From contig JANNXA010000014.1 of assembly GCA_031409275.1 (NCBI GenBank), positions 160,001-224,000 of the forward strand: DNA of 64,000 nt, written 5' to 3'. Position numbers and translations under genes: made by a program. The notes under the pieces were generated by a model. That model saw only the letters and a program-made list of their open reading frames with translations. It made no database searches and was not told where the DNA came from. Shown here piece after piece: positions 27,821 to 41,082 of this stretch (its first letter is position 1; every line of letters starts with the position of its first letter). The stretch comes from Planctomycetota bacterium. Its GTDB lineage: Bacteria; Planctomycetota; B15-G4; SIAN01.

Positions 27821-30800
27821 GAACGGCGCCCGCCGCGCTCGATCTCACGCAGCAGCGGATCGCACTCGCTCATGCGCGTGCGCACCGCCGCGGATGCGAC
27901 GCCCAGCAGCCGCCGTTCGGCGCGTCGGCGCGCCTCCTCGATCGACGCGTTCGCCGCTTCGCTCTTCCCGCTCTCGCCGGCGATCAACCCATGCACCCAG
28001 TGGATCTCCGCAGCGCGCCGTCGCGCGATGCCGGCCGCCGAACCTTCGCGCAGCGCCTTGCGCGCGATGGCCAGCGCCCAGGGCAGGCGCTTCATGTCGC
28101 GATAGCAGAGCGCCAGTGCCGCGAGGCCGCGCGCTTCGAGTCGGCCGACCGCCAGCGTGTGAGCGCGCGCGATCGCGCGGCGCGCGCAGCGGATCGCCCG
28201 TTCGAGCGAGTGGCCGGAGAAGCGCTTCCAGCGATAGAGCAGGCTGAGCGACCCGAGTGCGCTGACCACCAGGTAGTCGTCCTCGACGCGCAACGCCAGC
28301 CGCAGCGAGCGTACCAACGGTCGGAACGCCGCGTCGGGATCGCCGGAACGCGACTCGATGTCGGCGCGCACGTACTCGGCTTGCGCAAGGTGGCGCAAGT
28401 CGAGGTCCGACGCCGCGGACTTGCGCGCCACCTCGCAGGCGCGCCGCGCCTTGTCCCAGTCGCACAACTCGCGCAGCAGACGCGCGCTGCCGAGCACCAG
28501 CGCGCGGTGAAGCGGTCGCATGGCCGGCCCGCGCACGATCGATCGCCCTTGCGAGAAGGCCTGCTCCGCTTCATCGAACCGCTCGAGTTCGAGCAGCAGA
28601 TTGCCGCGTTCCTTGAAGTAGCGACCGATCGATGCGATCGGCGCGCCCGCGTCGATGACCTGTTCGGCCAAGTCGAGCGTCCCCGCCGCGCGTTCCTCGT
28701 CGCCGCTCCACAGCAGCACTTCCGCGAGGTCGAGCAGGATGAAGGCGCGCTCCGCTCCATGGCCGCGCACCGCGCGCTGCGCCGCCTCGTCGGCGGTCCG
28801 CAGGTACGACTCGGCCGCGAGGAAGCGCCCCGTGCGCGAGGCCAGGCGCCCCAATCCGTGGAAGGCGTGCGAACGGACGCCGGCATCGTCGAGCTGCGCG
28901 GAGAGCTTCGCCGCTTCGGTCCAGCTGGCGCGTTCTTCCTCGCGCCGGCCGAGCCGATGCGCAAGCGTTCCACGCAGCACCAGCGCCTGTGCGAGCAGCA
29001 CCTGGTCGACCGGCGCCACCCGCGCAGACGCCGCGGCCGACCCGACCAGGCGGTAGGCGCGCTCGGGGGAGCCTTCGAGTTCGAGCACGCGCACGGCGCC
29101 GCGCAGCGTCGTGGCCAGGATCGATCGCTCGCCGCCGAGATCAGCGTGGAAGGCCGCCTTGAGCGCCACGCGCGGCGGTGGCGACGGCAAGGTCAGTTCG
29201 CGCCCGTAGTAGCGCGCAGCAAGCCGGTGCGTCGCCTGGCGTCGGTCGAGCGGCGTCGAATGGAGCACGTGGCGCTGGAACAGCGGTTCGCGAAAACGCA
29301 GCTCGCCGGCCACGCGCTGCAACGGACCGCCCTCGGCCAGCAGCGGCGCGAGGCGCGCGTCGAAGTCGGCCGGCGCGAGCGCGAGGACGTCGCGCAACAC
29401 CTGCTCGCGCACGTCAGAACCGAGCACCGCCGTCGATTCCAGGAGCTCGCGCTGCGCGGTCGCGAGCGGCGCGAGTCGGCGCGCGTAGCGTTCGGCGAGC
29501 AGCGGCGGCAACGAGCGGATCGCCGTCTTCTTCGCAGCCAGCGTGTCGAGCTTGCCACGGGCGCGCATCCAGGACGCCAGCTCGATGGCGTTGCCGGCGC
29601 TTCCCGCGGCGATGTCGTGCAGGCGTTGCGCCACTCGTTCGACCGCGGCGTCCTCGAATCCGAGGTCGCGCGCGAGGATCGGGAACATCTCACGTGACGG
29701 GTCGCCGAGCACCAATCGCGTCGCACCACGTGCGAGAGCGACGTGCAGCGGAAGCGCTCCGCGCTCGCTCAACGCCTCGGGCGCGCGCGTGATCAGCAAC
29801 AGGATCGGCACGTTCGGCGACTCGTTCGCCAGCGCGTCGAGCGTGCGCAGCGTGTCCGCGTCGGCGTGCTCGGCCGCGTCGAGGACGAGGAGCAGCGGGG
29901 CCTGGCGCGTGATCGCCACGAACAGTTCGACGAGCGCGGCCCGCAGCGAGCCGAGCTGGCGCGAGCCTTTGATGGCCCCCTCGCGCAGGAACGCTCGCAA
30001 GAGCGCCTGGATCTCCGGGCGATCGGGGAGCAACTCGCGCAACTGGGACTCGGCGCGCGCATCGATCGCGGCGGGTCCGGCCGCGGCTGCGGTGGAGAGG
30101 CTGCACGCATCCGCGAGCAGTTCGCGCAGCGGTTCGAGCGGCTGGCCCGATTCACGACCGCTCGCCACCAGGAAATAGCCTTGCGGGCCGACCCGCTCGA
30201 GGCGATCGGCGAGCGCATCGACCAGGCGCGTCTTTCCGACGCCGGGCGGGCCTTCGAGGATGACGCGCCGCAGGCGTCCGGCGAAGGCGGCGCGCGCCTC
30301 ATCGACCAGTAGCGCGAGTTCGTGCTGGCGGCCGACCAGGCGCGTCGCGCGGCGCACCGAGAGTCGACGGCGACCGGGCGATACCTGCAGCGAAACGGGC
30401 GCGGTCACGCTGCGCCAGAAATCGGATCGCTCGGCGCCGACGAAGGCGGCGGCACCCAGTTCGGCAGTGGCCAGGCGCGCGACCGGATCGCGCTCGAGCA
30501 GCGCCTGCACGACGCGCTCGAGGAAGTAGGAGAGCTCCGGTCGCAGTTCCGTGAGCGGCGTCGGATCGCGCGTCTGCAACGCGGCGACGTAGGCGTCGTA
30601 GCCAAGGTCGCGCTCGCGCGCCCACGGATGGTGCCCCGCGGCCATCTCGTAGAGGACGACTCCGAGCGCGAACAGGTCGCTCTGCGGAGTCGCTGGCGCG
30701 CCGGCGAGCTGCTCGGGCGCGGCGTAGGCCACGGTTCCGAGGAAGCGGCCGGAGGAGGTGGCGCCCGACGAAGGCGGCGGCGTCGCGCGCGCGGGCTCGT

Positions 30801-31371
30801 CCGCCGGGTCGTTCTCGGGCGGCAGCGGCTCTTGCGCCGTGATGAGCCGAGCGAGACCGAAGTCGACGAGCTTCACCTGGCCGCGCTCGTCGAGGAAGAG
30901 GTTGGCCGGCTTCAAGTCGCGGTGGACGATGTTGCGCCCGTGCACGAACGCCAGCGTCTCGGCGATCTGGCGGCCGACCTCGCGCACCACCGGTTCGGGC
31001 TGAGGGCCTTCGAGTTCGAGCCGGCTCTGGAGGCTGCCGCCGGTGAGCAGCTCTTGGACGATGTAGTGGACGCGCCGATCGGCGCTGAGGCGCAGGCTGC
31101 CGATCTCGTAGACGCGCGCGATCCCGGCGTGGACCGCACCGAGCCCGACGCCCGCCTCGCGTTTGAAGCGGCGCACGATCTGGGGGTCGGGCGCGAAGCT
31201 CGGATCGAGGACCTTCAACGCGACTTCGGCGCCCGCCGTCAGGCCGCGGCGACGCGCCACGACGGTCGCTCGATAGACCGCGCCCATCGCGCCGGCGCCC
31301 AGAAGTCCGCGGATCCGATAGCCGCGGATTTCCTCAGGAAGGGCGAGATATGGGGTGGCGGGGCTTCGCAT
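27817..31371 (-). CDS. Hanks-type Ser/Thr protein kinase fused to P-loop ATPase and TPR-like region
   Basis: [46 protein letters not shown] Walker A, LLVLD Walker B; helical repeats; start 31371 or 31413. Confidence 0.88.
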   Translation of the reverse strand: MRSPATPYLALPEEIRGYRIRGLLGAGAMGAVYRATVVARRRGLTAGAEVALKVLDPSFAPDPQIVRRFKREAGVGLGAVHAGIARVYEIGSLRLSADRRVHYIVQELLTGGSLQSRLELEGPQPEPVVREVGRQIAETLAFVHGRNIVHRDLKPANLFLDERGQVKLVDFGLARLITAQEPLPPENDPADEPARATPPPSSGATSSGRFLGTVAYAAPEQLAGAPATPQSDLFALGVVLYEMAAGHHPWARERDLGYDAYVAALQTRDPTPLTELRPELSYFLERVVQALLERDPVARLATAELGAAAFVGAERSDFWRSVTAPVSLQVSPGRRRLSVRRATRLVGRQHELALLVDEARAAFAGRLRRVILEGPPGVGKTRLVDALADRLERVGPQGYFLVASGRESGQPLEPLRELLADACSLSTAAAAGPAAIDARAESQLRELLPDRPEIQALLRAFLREGAIKGSRQLGSLRAALVELFVAITRQAPLLLVLDAAEHADADTLRTLDALANESPNVPILLLITRAPEALSERGALPLHVALARGATRLVLGDPSREMFPILARDLGFEDAAVERVAQRLHDIAAGSAGNAIELASWMRARGKLDTLAAKKTAIRSLPPLLAERYARRLAPLATAQRELLESTAVLGSDVREQVLRDVLALAPADFDARLAPLLAEGGPLQRVAGELRFREPLFQRHVLHSTPLDRRQATHRLAARYYGRELTLPSPPPRVALKAAFHADLGGERSILATTLRGAVRVLELEGSPERAYRLVGSAAASARVAPVDQVLLAQALVLRGTLAHRLGRREEERASWTEAAKLSAQLDDAGVRSHAFHGLGRLASRTGRFLAAESYLRTADEAAQRAVRGHGAERAFILLDLAEVLLWSGDEERAAGTLDLAEQVIDAGAPIASIGRYFKERGNLLLELERFDEAEQAFSQGRSIVRGPAMRPLHRALVLGSARLLRELCDWDKARRACEVARKSAASDLDLRHLAQAEYVRADIESRSGDPDAAFRPLVRSLRLALRVEDDYLVVSALGSLSLLYRWKRFSGHSLERAIRCARRAIARAHTLAVGRLEARGLAALALCYRDMKRLPWALAIARKALREGSAAGIARRRAAEIHWVHGLIAGESGKSEAANASIEEARRRAERRLLGVASAAVRTRMSECDPLLREIERGGRRS

Positions 31372-31482
31372 CGCGCTCGGATCGAGGGGGCGGTCGCCTT
31401 GACTCGGCCGCACGGCCGGCAGAGACTACCGCGCCCTTTCTCGCGCACCCAGGAACACCTCCGGCACGACGGCTGCGGCGCC

Positions 31483-32940
31483 ATGGCAATTCGTTTCCAC
31501 AACACGCTCACGCGCCGCACCGAGGAGTTCATCCCGTCGGTTGCTGGCACGGTCCGCATGTACCACTGCGGGCCGACGGTCTATTCGTCGCCCCACATCG
31601 GCAACTTCCGCACGTTCCTCCTCTCGGACCTGCTGCGCCGCTTCTTCGAGTGGAAGGGGCTCGCCGTCCTGCACGTGATGAACCTCACCGACGTCGGCCA
31701 CCTTCTCGACGACGCGGAGGAGGGCGAGGACAAGCTCGAAGCGGCGGCCCGCAAGGCGAAGAAGACGGCGTGGGAGATCGCCGACCACTACACCGCCGAG
31801 TTCTTCGCCGCGCTCGACTTCCTCGGGTTCCGGCGCGCCCACCACTACCCGCGCGCCACGACGCACGTCCCCGAGATGATCGCGATGATCGAGACGCTCG
31901 AGGCGAAGGGGCTGGCCTACAAGGTCCCCTCGGGCAACGTCTACTTCGACATCTCGCGCTTCCCCGCCTACGGCCGCCTCTCGGGCAACACGGCCGAGCA
32001 ACTCGAGGCGGGCGCGCGGATCGAGGTCAACCCGGAGAAGCGCGACCCTCGCGACTTCGCCCTCTGGAAGATCGACTCCCACCACCAGATGCAGTGGGAT
32101 GCGCCGTGGGGCCGCGGCTTCCCCGGCTGGCACATCGAGTGCTCGGCGATGTCGAAGAAGTACCTCGGCGACACCTTCGACATCCACACCGGTGGCGAGG
32201 ACAACGTCTTCCCCCACCACGAATGCGAGATCGCGCAATCGGAAGGGGCGAACGGCAAGCCCTTCGTGCACCACTGGCTGCACGTGCGCCATCTGCTGGT
32301 CGACAGCACGAAGATGAGCAAGCGACTCGGCAACGTGCACACCGTCGAGGGGTTGAAGGCGAAGGGCTACAGCGGGGACGCGCTGCGCATCGCGCTGCAG
32401 AAGGCGCACTACCGCGAGCCGCTCAACTTCACCCTGACGGGCCTCGACGAGGCCGAGAAGAAGGTCGCCCGTTACCGCGACCTCGCCCAGCGGCTCGGCG
32501 CGGACGCCGCGGATGCCCCGGCCGGCCGCGCCGCGCCGGACGTTGCGGCCGCCCTCGCCTCGTTGCGCGCGCGTTTCGGCGCGGCGCTCGACGAAGACTT
32601 GAACGTCTCGGTCGCGTTCGCCGTGATCGATGAGGCGGTGGCCGAGGCCAATCGGCGCGCGCGCAAGGGCGCCGACGCCGCCGCCCATCTCGCCCTGCTG
32701 CGCGAGTTGTGGGGAGTGTTCGGATTGGTCGAGAAGTCGCTTGAATCGGCGGCCCTTGAAGATGCCGACGTTCTCGCCTTCATCGAAGAGCGTGAGGCGG
32801 CGCGCAAGCGCCGCGACTTCAAGCGAGCCGACGAGCTCCGTGTGCTGCTGAAGCAGCGCGGGATCGAACTGCTCGATGGCAAGGACGGCGTACGCTTTCG
32901 ACGAACCGCCGGCGGACCGACGCCACCGGCGCACGCTTGA
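31483..32940 (+). CDS. cysS: Cysteine--tRNA ligase
   Basis: MYHCGPTVY, HIGN, DFALWK, GFPGWHIECSAM, FPHHECE, KMSK. Confidence 0.97.
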   Translation: MAIRFHNTLTRRTEEFIPSVAGTVRMYHCGPTVYSSPHIGNFRTFLLSDLLRRFFEWKGLAVLHVMNLTDVGHLLDDAEEGEDKLEAAARKAKKTAWEIADHYTAEFFAALDFLGFRRAHHYPRATTHVPEMIAMIETLEAKGLAYKVPSGNVYFDISRFPAYGRLSGNTAEQLEAGARIEVNPEKRDPRDFALWKIDSHHQMQWDAPWGRGFPGWHIECSAMSKKYLGDTFDIHTGGEDNVFPHHECEIAQSEGANGKPFVHHWLHVRHLLVDSTKMSKRLGNVHTVEGLKAKGYSGDALRIALQKAHYREPLNFTLTGLDEAEKKVARYRDLAQRLGADAADAPAGRAAPDVAAALASLRARFGAALDEDLNVSVAFAVIDEAVAEANRRARKGADAAAHLALLRELWGVFGLVEKSLESAALEDADVLAFIEEREAARKRRDFKRADELRVLLKQRGIELLDGKDGVRFRRTAGGPTPPAHA

Positions 32941-32958
32941 GAACTGGGAGACGATTCG

Positions 32959-34215
32959 ATGAAGCTGGCCCCGACGCTGCTCGTGCTCGCTGCTTTCGGA
33001 GTGCTGCTCTGGGTGAGCACCAAGAAGCCGGCGAACGCTGACCCCGGCGCCTCCGCACCCGCCGCCCAGCACGGCACGGCCTCCGGTCACGGGGACCACG
33101 CCAGCAGCGCCGATGCCGGCCACGCAGCACCACCGGCCGCAACCGGTCACGATGCCGCCGCAGGTCACGATGCCGCCGCAGCTCCGACCGAGCTCGTGAA
33201 GGTCATCCCCGCGACGCCGCTGATCCCGGCGCCGCCGCGCAACCCCGACAGCGTCGTGGTCACGGTGCGCGACCCCGCCAACCAGGGGCAGCCGCAGATC
33301 GAGGTGATGCTGCTGGACGCGAGCGGCGCGACGGTCGCCAAGAAGCGCTCGGACGCGAACGGTCGCGCCGCGTTCGACAAGGTCGCCGCGGGCCGCTACC
33401 GCGTCGTCGCCTACGACCCTGACTACCTCTACACGGCGCGCGGCGAAGCGACCGTCGATGCGAAGTCGGGCGCCTATCAGGAAGCCGAGCTGCGCGTGGA
33501 ACGTGGCCGTTGCGGCATTCGCGGCATCGTGATGGACGGCGGCCAACGACCGCTCGTCGATCGCAAGGTGACGCTGAACGCGGGAGGCGCCGACTTCGCC
33601 GTCAACACCGACCCGAAGGGTCGCTTCCTGGTGAACGGCCTCGTCGCCGGCACCTGGACCGTCGCCGCCGACGGGTTCGCCGACCAGAAGCAGACCGTCC
33701 GCCTCGCCGATGGGACCGTCGGCGAAGTCGCACTCACGCTGGCGAGCACCTGCAGCGTCGAAGTCGAACTGACCGGTTCGCACCTCCACCCGGCCCACTT
33801 CGTCGGCGGCGAGACCGCCTTCCTGCGCCCCGCGGGCGACTCGTCGGCGGGCGCCGAGCTCGCGCGGGCGATGGCGCTCTTCACCGACGGCGGACATGAG
33901 CACGCCAACGTCGCGCGCGCCCGCTTCGACGGATTGAAGCCAGGTTCCTATCAGCTCGACGTCGTCGATTCGAAGGGGGCGAGCCTGATCAACCAGTCGA
34001 CGAAGTTCGGTCGGCCGGTTCCGCTCGATCTGGTCGAAGGCACGTCGCGCACGGTTCCGCTGAAGACGGTCGCGGCGGCGCGCAGCAGCGGCGTCGAGGT
34101 CCCGACGCTCGCGATCCTCATCATGTGCGCCGTGATCGGCGGCATGATCCTGCTCACGCCGGTCCTCTTCCCGCCGCCGCTCGTCGCCAAGCGCCCGCTC
34201 GGGATGCAGCGCTGA
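32959..34215 (+). CDS. Membrane protein with His-rich linker and carboxypeptidase-regulatory-like domains
   Basis: N- and C-terminal hydrophobic helices; SDANGRAAF and TDPKGRFLVNGL..GTWTV repeats; GGGAG RBS. Confidence 0.7.
   Translation: MKLAPTLLVLAAFGVLLWVSTKKPANADPGASAPAAQHGTASGHGDHASSADAGHAAPPAATGHDAAAGHDAAAAPTELVKVIPATPLIPAPPRNPDSVVVTVRDPANQGQPQIEVMLLDASGATVAKKRSDANGRAAFDKVAAGRYRVVAYDPDYLYTARGEATVDAKSGAYQEAELRVERGRCGIRGIVMDGGQRPLVDRKVTLNAGGADFAVNTDPKGRFLVNGLVAGTWTVAADGFADQKQTVRLADGTVGEVALTLASTCSVEVELTGSHLHPAHFVGGETAFLRPAGDSSAGAELARAMALFTDGGHEHANVARARFDGLKPGSYQLDVVDSKGASLINQSTKFGRPVPLDLVEGTSRTVPLKTVAAARSSGVEVPTLAILIMCAVIGGMILLTPVLFPPPLVAKRPLGMQR
33145..33180 (+). repeat. 18-bp perfect tandem duplication encoding GHDAAA twice
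   Basis: GGTCACGATGCCGCCGCA x2. Confidence 0.85.
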
Positions 34216-34306
34216 GCGCGCGGCTCGCGACCCGCTTTTCACGAAGGGCGCGCATCGCGGTTCTCTAGCGGGGTGGCGGTGATGGGCCGCCCCCACTGGA
34301 GACCGC

Positions 34307-35434
34307 GTGGCACCTCTCCCTCGTCTCGCCAGGCGGCTCGCGCTTGCCGCAATCGTCGCCGCCGCAGGTGGCTCGTCGCTCCTGCACGCCAACGGCGGCA
34401 TCGATGGCGCGCGTCGCACGTTCGCCGAGGGGTTCACCCCGTTCCCGCATGACGGCGCTGCCAACGGCGTCTTCGACGCGCTGCGGATGATCGATGAGGA
34501 CGGCGACCTCACCGTCTTCCACTTCGACGATGGCGTCCCCTGGAACGAGGCGCTGGCCGGACTGCCGCATCCCGATCGCGGCACGCTGACCTACCTGCGC
34601 TCGCTCTCGCCGACCGGCAACCGCATCTACGTGGCCGCCACCCCCATCGCGATCACGCGCGATGGACTGACCGCGTACTACCCCAATCAACCACTGCCGC
34701 CGCCATGGGACGCACTCGCGTTCGACGATCCATCGGTCGTCGCGGCGTTCCGCAACCACTGCGAGGAGCTGCTCTCGATCTTCCAGCCCGATTGGTTCGC
34801 GCTGTCGATCGAGGCGAACCTCCTGCACACCCTGGCGCCGGCGAAATGGGCTGCGTGGAGGTCGCTCGCGCAACAGACGGCCGCCGCGTTGCGACTCTCC
34901 CATCCCGGCCTGCCGCTGTTCGCCACCGTGCAGGCCGACGAGTTCTGGCTGCGTCTCACCGATCCGCCCGACCCGTGGACCGGTTTGACCCAGCCGCAGG
35001 CGGCGGCGGAGGTGGTCGCGCTCTCCGACTGCGTGGCGGTGAGCAGCTACCCGGTCCAGCTGACGTTTCGCGGCCACGTCGCGGAATTGCCGCCCGGCTA
35101 CCTCGAGGTCGTGCGCGCGCTCGACGGCCGCAAGCCGTTCCTCATCGCCGAGACGGGCTGGCCGGGCGAGAAGCTCGACGCGCCGTGGCCCTACACGCTG
35201 CGCACGACCGCGCTCGACCAGAGCGACTGGGTCGACTGCCTGCTTTCCGCAGCCGAGCGCCACGACGCGCTCTTCGTGAACTGGTACCTGACCTGGGACT
35301 ACGACGACCTTTGGAACTCCGGCACGATCACGCAAGACGCGATCGGTCGCTTGTTCCGCGACATGGGGCTGCGCGATGGGCTCGGCCGCGCACGGCCGGG
35401 GCTCACGCGCTGGCGCCGCTGGCTCGCGCGCTGA
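34307..35434 (+). CDS. Exported clan GH-A-like (TIM barrel) putative glycoside hydrolase
   Basis: Signal peptide; candidate catalytic motifs SIEAN and KPFLIAETGWP; AVSSYP; GLRD near the C-terminus. Confidence 0.65.
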   Translation: MAPLPRLARRLALAAIVAAAGGSSLLHANGGIDGARRTFAEGFTPFPHDGAANGVFDALRMIDEDGDLTVFHFDDGVPWNEALAGLPHPDRGTLTYLRSLSPTGNRIYVAATPIAITRDGLTAYYPNQPLPPPWDALAFDDPSVVAAFRNHCEELLSIFQPDWFALSIEANLLHTLAPAKWAAWRSLAQQTAAALRLSHPGLPLFATVQADEFWLRLTDPPDPWTGLTQPQAAAEVVALSDCVAVSSYPVQLTFRGHVAELPPGYLEVVRALDGRKPFLIAETGWPGEKLDAPWPYTLRTTALDQSDWVDCLLSAAERHDALFVNWYLTWDYDDLWNSGTITQDAIGRLFRDMGLRDGLGRARPGLTRWRRWLAR

Positions 35435-36061
35435 TCAGCGACGGCGCGGCGACTTGCCGCTGCGGCCCTTGGGAGCGCGCAGCTTCTTGAACGGTCGCAC
35501 CTTCTTGCGCGCGGGCAGCGGCGAGCCAGGGCCCGTGTCGGCCGCTCCACCATCCTCGATCGGCGCGTCCGCTTCGTCGCCGGTGTCCGCTTCGTCGCCC
35601 TCATCCGCTTCGTCGTCGCTGCCCGCGTCGCGGGCGGCAGCGTCCGGTGCGGCCGCGTCCGGCGACGGCAGCGCGCCATCCGCGGGCAGCGCCCCTTCGG
35701 CCGGGATTTCCGGCGGGCGCTGGTCGCGCAGTTGATGCAGCAGCTCGCCCATCTTGATCGCACCTTCGACCGACTCGTCGTATTCGAAGGAGATCTGCGG
35801 AGCGTTGCGCGTGCGCAACCCCTCGGCGACACGCCGCTGCACGAAGAGCTTCGAGCTCTCGAGCGCGTGCTTCGTCTTGCTGCGGTCGCCTTCGCTGCCG
35901 AAGACCGACCAGAAGATGACGCAGCTCGTGAAGTCCGGCGCCAGCTTGACGCGCGTGACGGTCACGAACCCCATCCGCGGGTCTTTCAGCTCGAACAAGA
36001 TGACATGAGCCGCGCGCTTGCGGATCAACTCGGTCAGGCGAAGGTTCACGCGGCTCGACAT
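35435..36061 (-). CDS. rbfA: 30S ribosome-binding factor A with long C-terminal extension
   Basis: ELKDPRMGFVTVTRVKLAPD...LRTRNAPQISFEYDES; lies downstream of infB. Confidence 0.92.
   Translation of the reverse strand: MSSRVNLRLTELIRKRAAHVILFELKDPRMGFVTVTRVKLAPDFTSCVIFWSVFGSEGDRSKTKHALESSKLFVQRRVAEGLRTRNAPQISFEYDESVEGAIKMGELLHQLRDQRPPEIPAEGALPADGALPSPDAAAPDAAARDAGSDDEADEGDEADTGDEADAPIEDGGAADTGPGSPLPARKKVRPFKKLRAPKGRSGKSPRRR
35568..35615 (-). repeat. 18-bp-period tandem repeat encoding acidic DEAD(E/T)G units in the RbfA tail
   Basis: TCCGCTTCGTCG at 35568, 35586 and 35604. Confidence 0.75.
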
Positions 36062-36267
36062 CGTCACGACCCGAAAGAGAGCACCGCCGATCGACGGCTG
36101 CGCACGGATTTGGAAGGCGCCCAGTTGAGCGGACGGCGCCGCCGCCGCAAGAGGCACCGGGGCGCGCGGCCCCGCGGACGTCCCGCCGAACCGGCTCCGC
36201 CGACTACGATCGCGATGCGCAACGGTGGCCGACTCACCGGCAACCGTCGCGCGCGGAGGCCCTGTCG

Positions 36268-36552
36268 ATGATGGAAGTCGGGATCCTGCAGTTCACCGTG
36301 ATCTTGCGCGGCAGCCATTCGCTGAAAGAGAAGCGCCACGTCCTGAAGTCGATCAAGGACAAGCTGCACGCGCAGTTCAACGTCTCGGTGGCGGAGGTCG
36401 ACGACCACGACGTCTGGCAGAAGGGGACGCTCGGCGTAGTGACCTGCAGCAACGACGCCACGCGAGTCCGCTCGCTGCTCGACAAGATCGTGATGATGCT
36501 GCGGCTTCACCCGGTCGCCGAGCTCGTCGACCACCAGATCGAGCTGCTCTAG
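36268..36552 (+). CDS. DUF503 (YlxP-like) protein
   Basis: SHSLKEKRHVLKSIKDKL..QFNVSVAEVDDHDVWQ signature; GGAGG RBS. Confidence 0.9.
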   Translation: MMEVGILQFTVILRGSHSLKEKRHVLKSIKDKLHAQFNVSVAEVDDHDVWQKGTLGVVTCSNDATRVRSLLDKIVMMLRLHPVAELVDHQIELL

Positions 36553-36656
36553 GAGCAGGAGTCGCCGCGACCGCGCTGAACGGTGATCGCGACGAGGGGG
36601 TAGATCCGCGCCGCGCGCTCCGCCGCAATCTCGCCGCGCGCCACAAGGAGTCCGAC

Positions 36657-36839
36657 ATGCCTCCGCAACCGTATCCAGGCTACGCGATGGGCTGGGGCAC
36701 GCTCGCCCTCGTGAACGCGGGGCTGGCGCAAGGCAAGGGACGCAGCGGCTTGAACTGGTTCCTCGCGTCGCTGCTGCTCGGACCGGTGGCGACGTTCCTC
36801 CTCGTCGCCTTCTGCGACGACCTCCGCGGAAAAAAATAG
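36657..36839 (+). CDS. Small two-helix membrane protein (60 aa)
   Basis: AAGGAG RBS; GWGTLALVNAGLAQGKGRSGLNWFLASLLLGPVAT, a pattern recalled from a small conserved membrane protein family. Confidence 0.75.
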   Translation: MPPQPYPGYAMGWGTLALVNAGLAQGKGRSGLNWFLASLLLGPVATFLLVAFCDDLRGKK

Positions 36840-36850
36840 TCGCACAGGAA

Positions 36851-36887
36851 GAGTGGCGGCGGCCCCCGTTGCCAGGAGCCGCCGCTC
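36851..36887. terminator. GC-rich hairpin between the convergent small gene and infB
   Basis: GAGTGGCGGC...GCCGCCGCTC stem followed by GTTCGTT on the + strand. Confidence 0.5.
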
Positions 36888-36929
36888 GTTCGTTCCGATT
36901 CGATCGTCGCCACCGCTGCGCGGCGTGGA

Positions 36930-39779
<2,850 letters not shown>

Positions 39780-39821
39780 TCAGCTCAATTCACTTCGAAA
39801 CGAACTAGTCCACGCCCCGAA

Positions 39822-40904
39822 TCACGACGAGACACTGCTCTCGTCAGCCGGAGGCGTCGGCGGTGGCAGATCGGACGGCGGCGCCACCGCCTCGGACGTC
39901 GCGGGACGCGCCGGCGCCGCATTCGGCATGCCGGGAGATCCCGCTTCCCCTGGCCCCACCAGCGAGCCGTCCGCGCGGATCGCCTGGAGGTTGATCTCCC
40001 AGCCGGTCAGCCGGCTGGCGAGACGAACGTTCTGCCCGCGCCGACCGATCGCGAGCGAGAGCTGATCCTCGGTGACGCGGACGGTGGCGACGTTGCGAGA
40101 CGGGTCGAGCTTGATGTCGGCGATCTCGGCCGGCCGCAGCGCGTTCAGGATCAGCGCCTCGACCGACTCGTTCCATCGGATGATGTCGATCTTCTCGCCG
40201 TTCAACTCTTCGGTGATCGACTTGATGCGCGTGCCGCGGATGCCGACGCAGGCGCCGATGCAATCGACACGCATGTCGGCCGAGGCCACGGCGATCTTGG
40301 TTCGATAGCCCGGCTCGCGCGCCACGCGCTTGATCTCGATCACCCCGTCGGAGATCTCGGGGACCTCGACTTCGAAGAGGCGGCGCACGAGGTCGGGATT
40401 GGTGCGCGACAGGATGATGCGAACGCGCAGGCCGACCTTCTTGACCTCGGTGATCAGCGCCTTGACTCGGTCGCCAACGGCATAGTTCTCGCTGCGAACG
40501 ATCTCGGAACGGGGCAGGATGCCTTCGCACTTGCCGAGGTTGACGATGTAGTTGCCCGCCTCGACCCGCTGCACGGTGCCGGTGACGAGCTGGCCGATCT
40601 TCTCTTCGTACTGGCCGAGGACGACGTCCTGCTCCGCCTCGCGGTGGCGCTGGATCATCACTTGCTTGGCGACCTGCGCGCCAATGCGGCCGAGGTCGAG
40701 GAGTTCGACCTTTTGATCGCCCTTGAAGGCTTCCACCTTGCCGGTGCGGCGATCGATGTGGACCTGCAACTCGTCGCCCACTTCGAGCTTCTTGCGCGCC
40801 GCGCTGGCGAGCGCAAACTCAAGCGACTGGAACAGGTACTCCTTGTCGATGTCCTTGTCCCGGTGGAGGGCGTCGATGATCCGAAGAATCTCTGCGCCGT
40901 CCAT
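39822..40904 (-). CDS. nusA: Transcription termination/antitermination factor NusA
   Basis: LGRIGAQVAKQ, LFEVEVPEI, AREPGYRTKIAV, GACVG, AIGRRGQNVRLA; start ATG 40904. Confidence 0.96.
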   Translation of the reverse strand: MDGAEILRIIDALHRDKDIDKEYLFQSLEFALASAARKKLEVGDELQVHIDRRTGKVEAFKGDQKVELLDLGRIGAQVAKQVMIQRHREAEQDVVLGQYEEKIGQLVTGTVQRVEAGNYIVNLGKCEGILPRSEIVRSENYAVGDRVKALITEVKKVGLRVRIILSRTNPDLVRRLFEVEVPEISDGVIEIKRVAREPGYRTKIAVASADMRVDCIGACVGIRGTRIKSITEELNGEKIDIIRWNESVEALILNALRPAEIADIKLDPSRNVATVRVTEDQLSLAIGRRGQNVRLASRLTGWEINLQAIRADGSLVGPGEAGSPGMPNAAPARPATSEAVAPPSDLPPPTPPADESSVSS

Positions 40905-41028
40905 GAAGGGACCCCCCGTGCTCCGGAGCCTTGTAGCAGCGCGCCGGTGTCCGGAGGTCGGCGTGCCACGCATCTCCCGAAACGCCGGCATCTCCGCCCC
41001 TCTCGCCATCGCGAGCTGGACGGAGACG

Positions 41029-41056
41029 AAAAAAAGTGGGCAGGGCCCACTTCTTT
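41029..41056 (-). promoter_or_regulatory. rimP-leader-like terminator/attenuator upstream of nusA
   Basis: Minus strand AAAGAAGTGGGC-CCT-GCCCACTTTTTTT, ~125 nt upstream of the nusA start. Confidence 0.7.
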
Positions 41057-41082
41057 GCGCGGCTCCAGGAAAAAGCGGGGGG

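Noticed and set aside
36657..36839. NusB label sometimes attached to similar small proteins
   Set aside because: 60-aa hydrophobic two-helix sequence with no resemblance to the NusB fold
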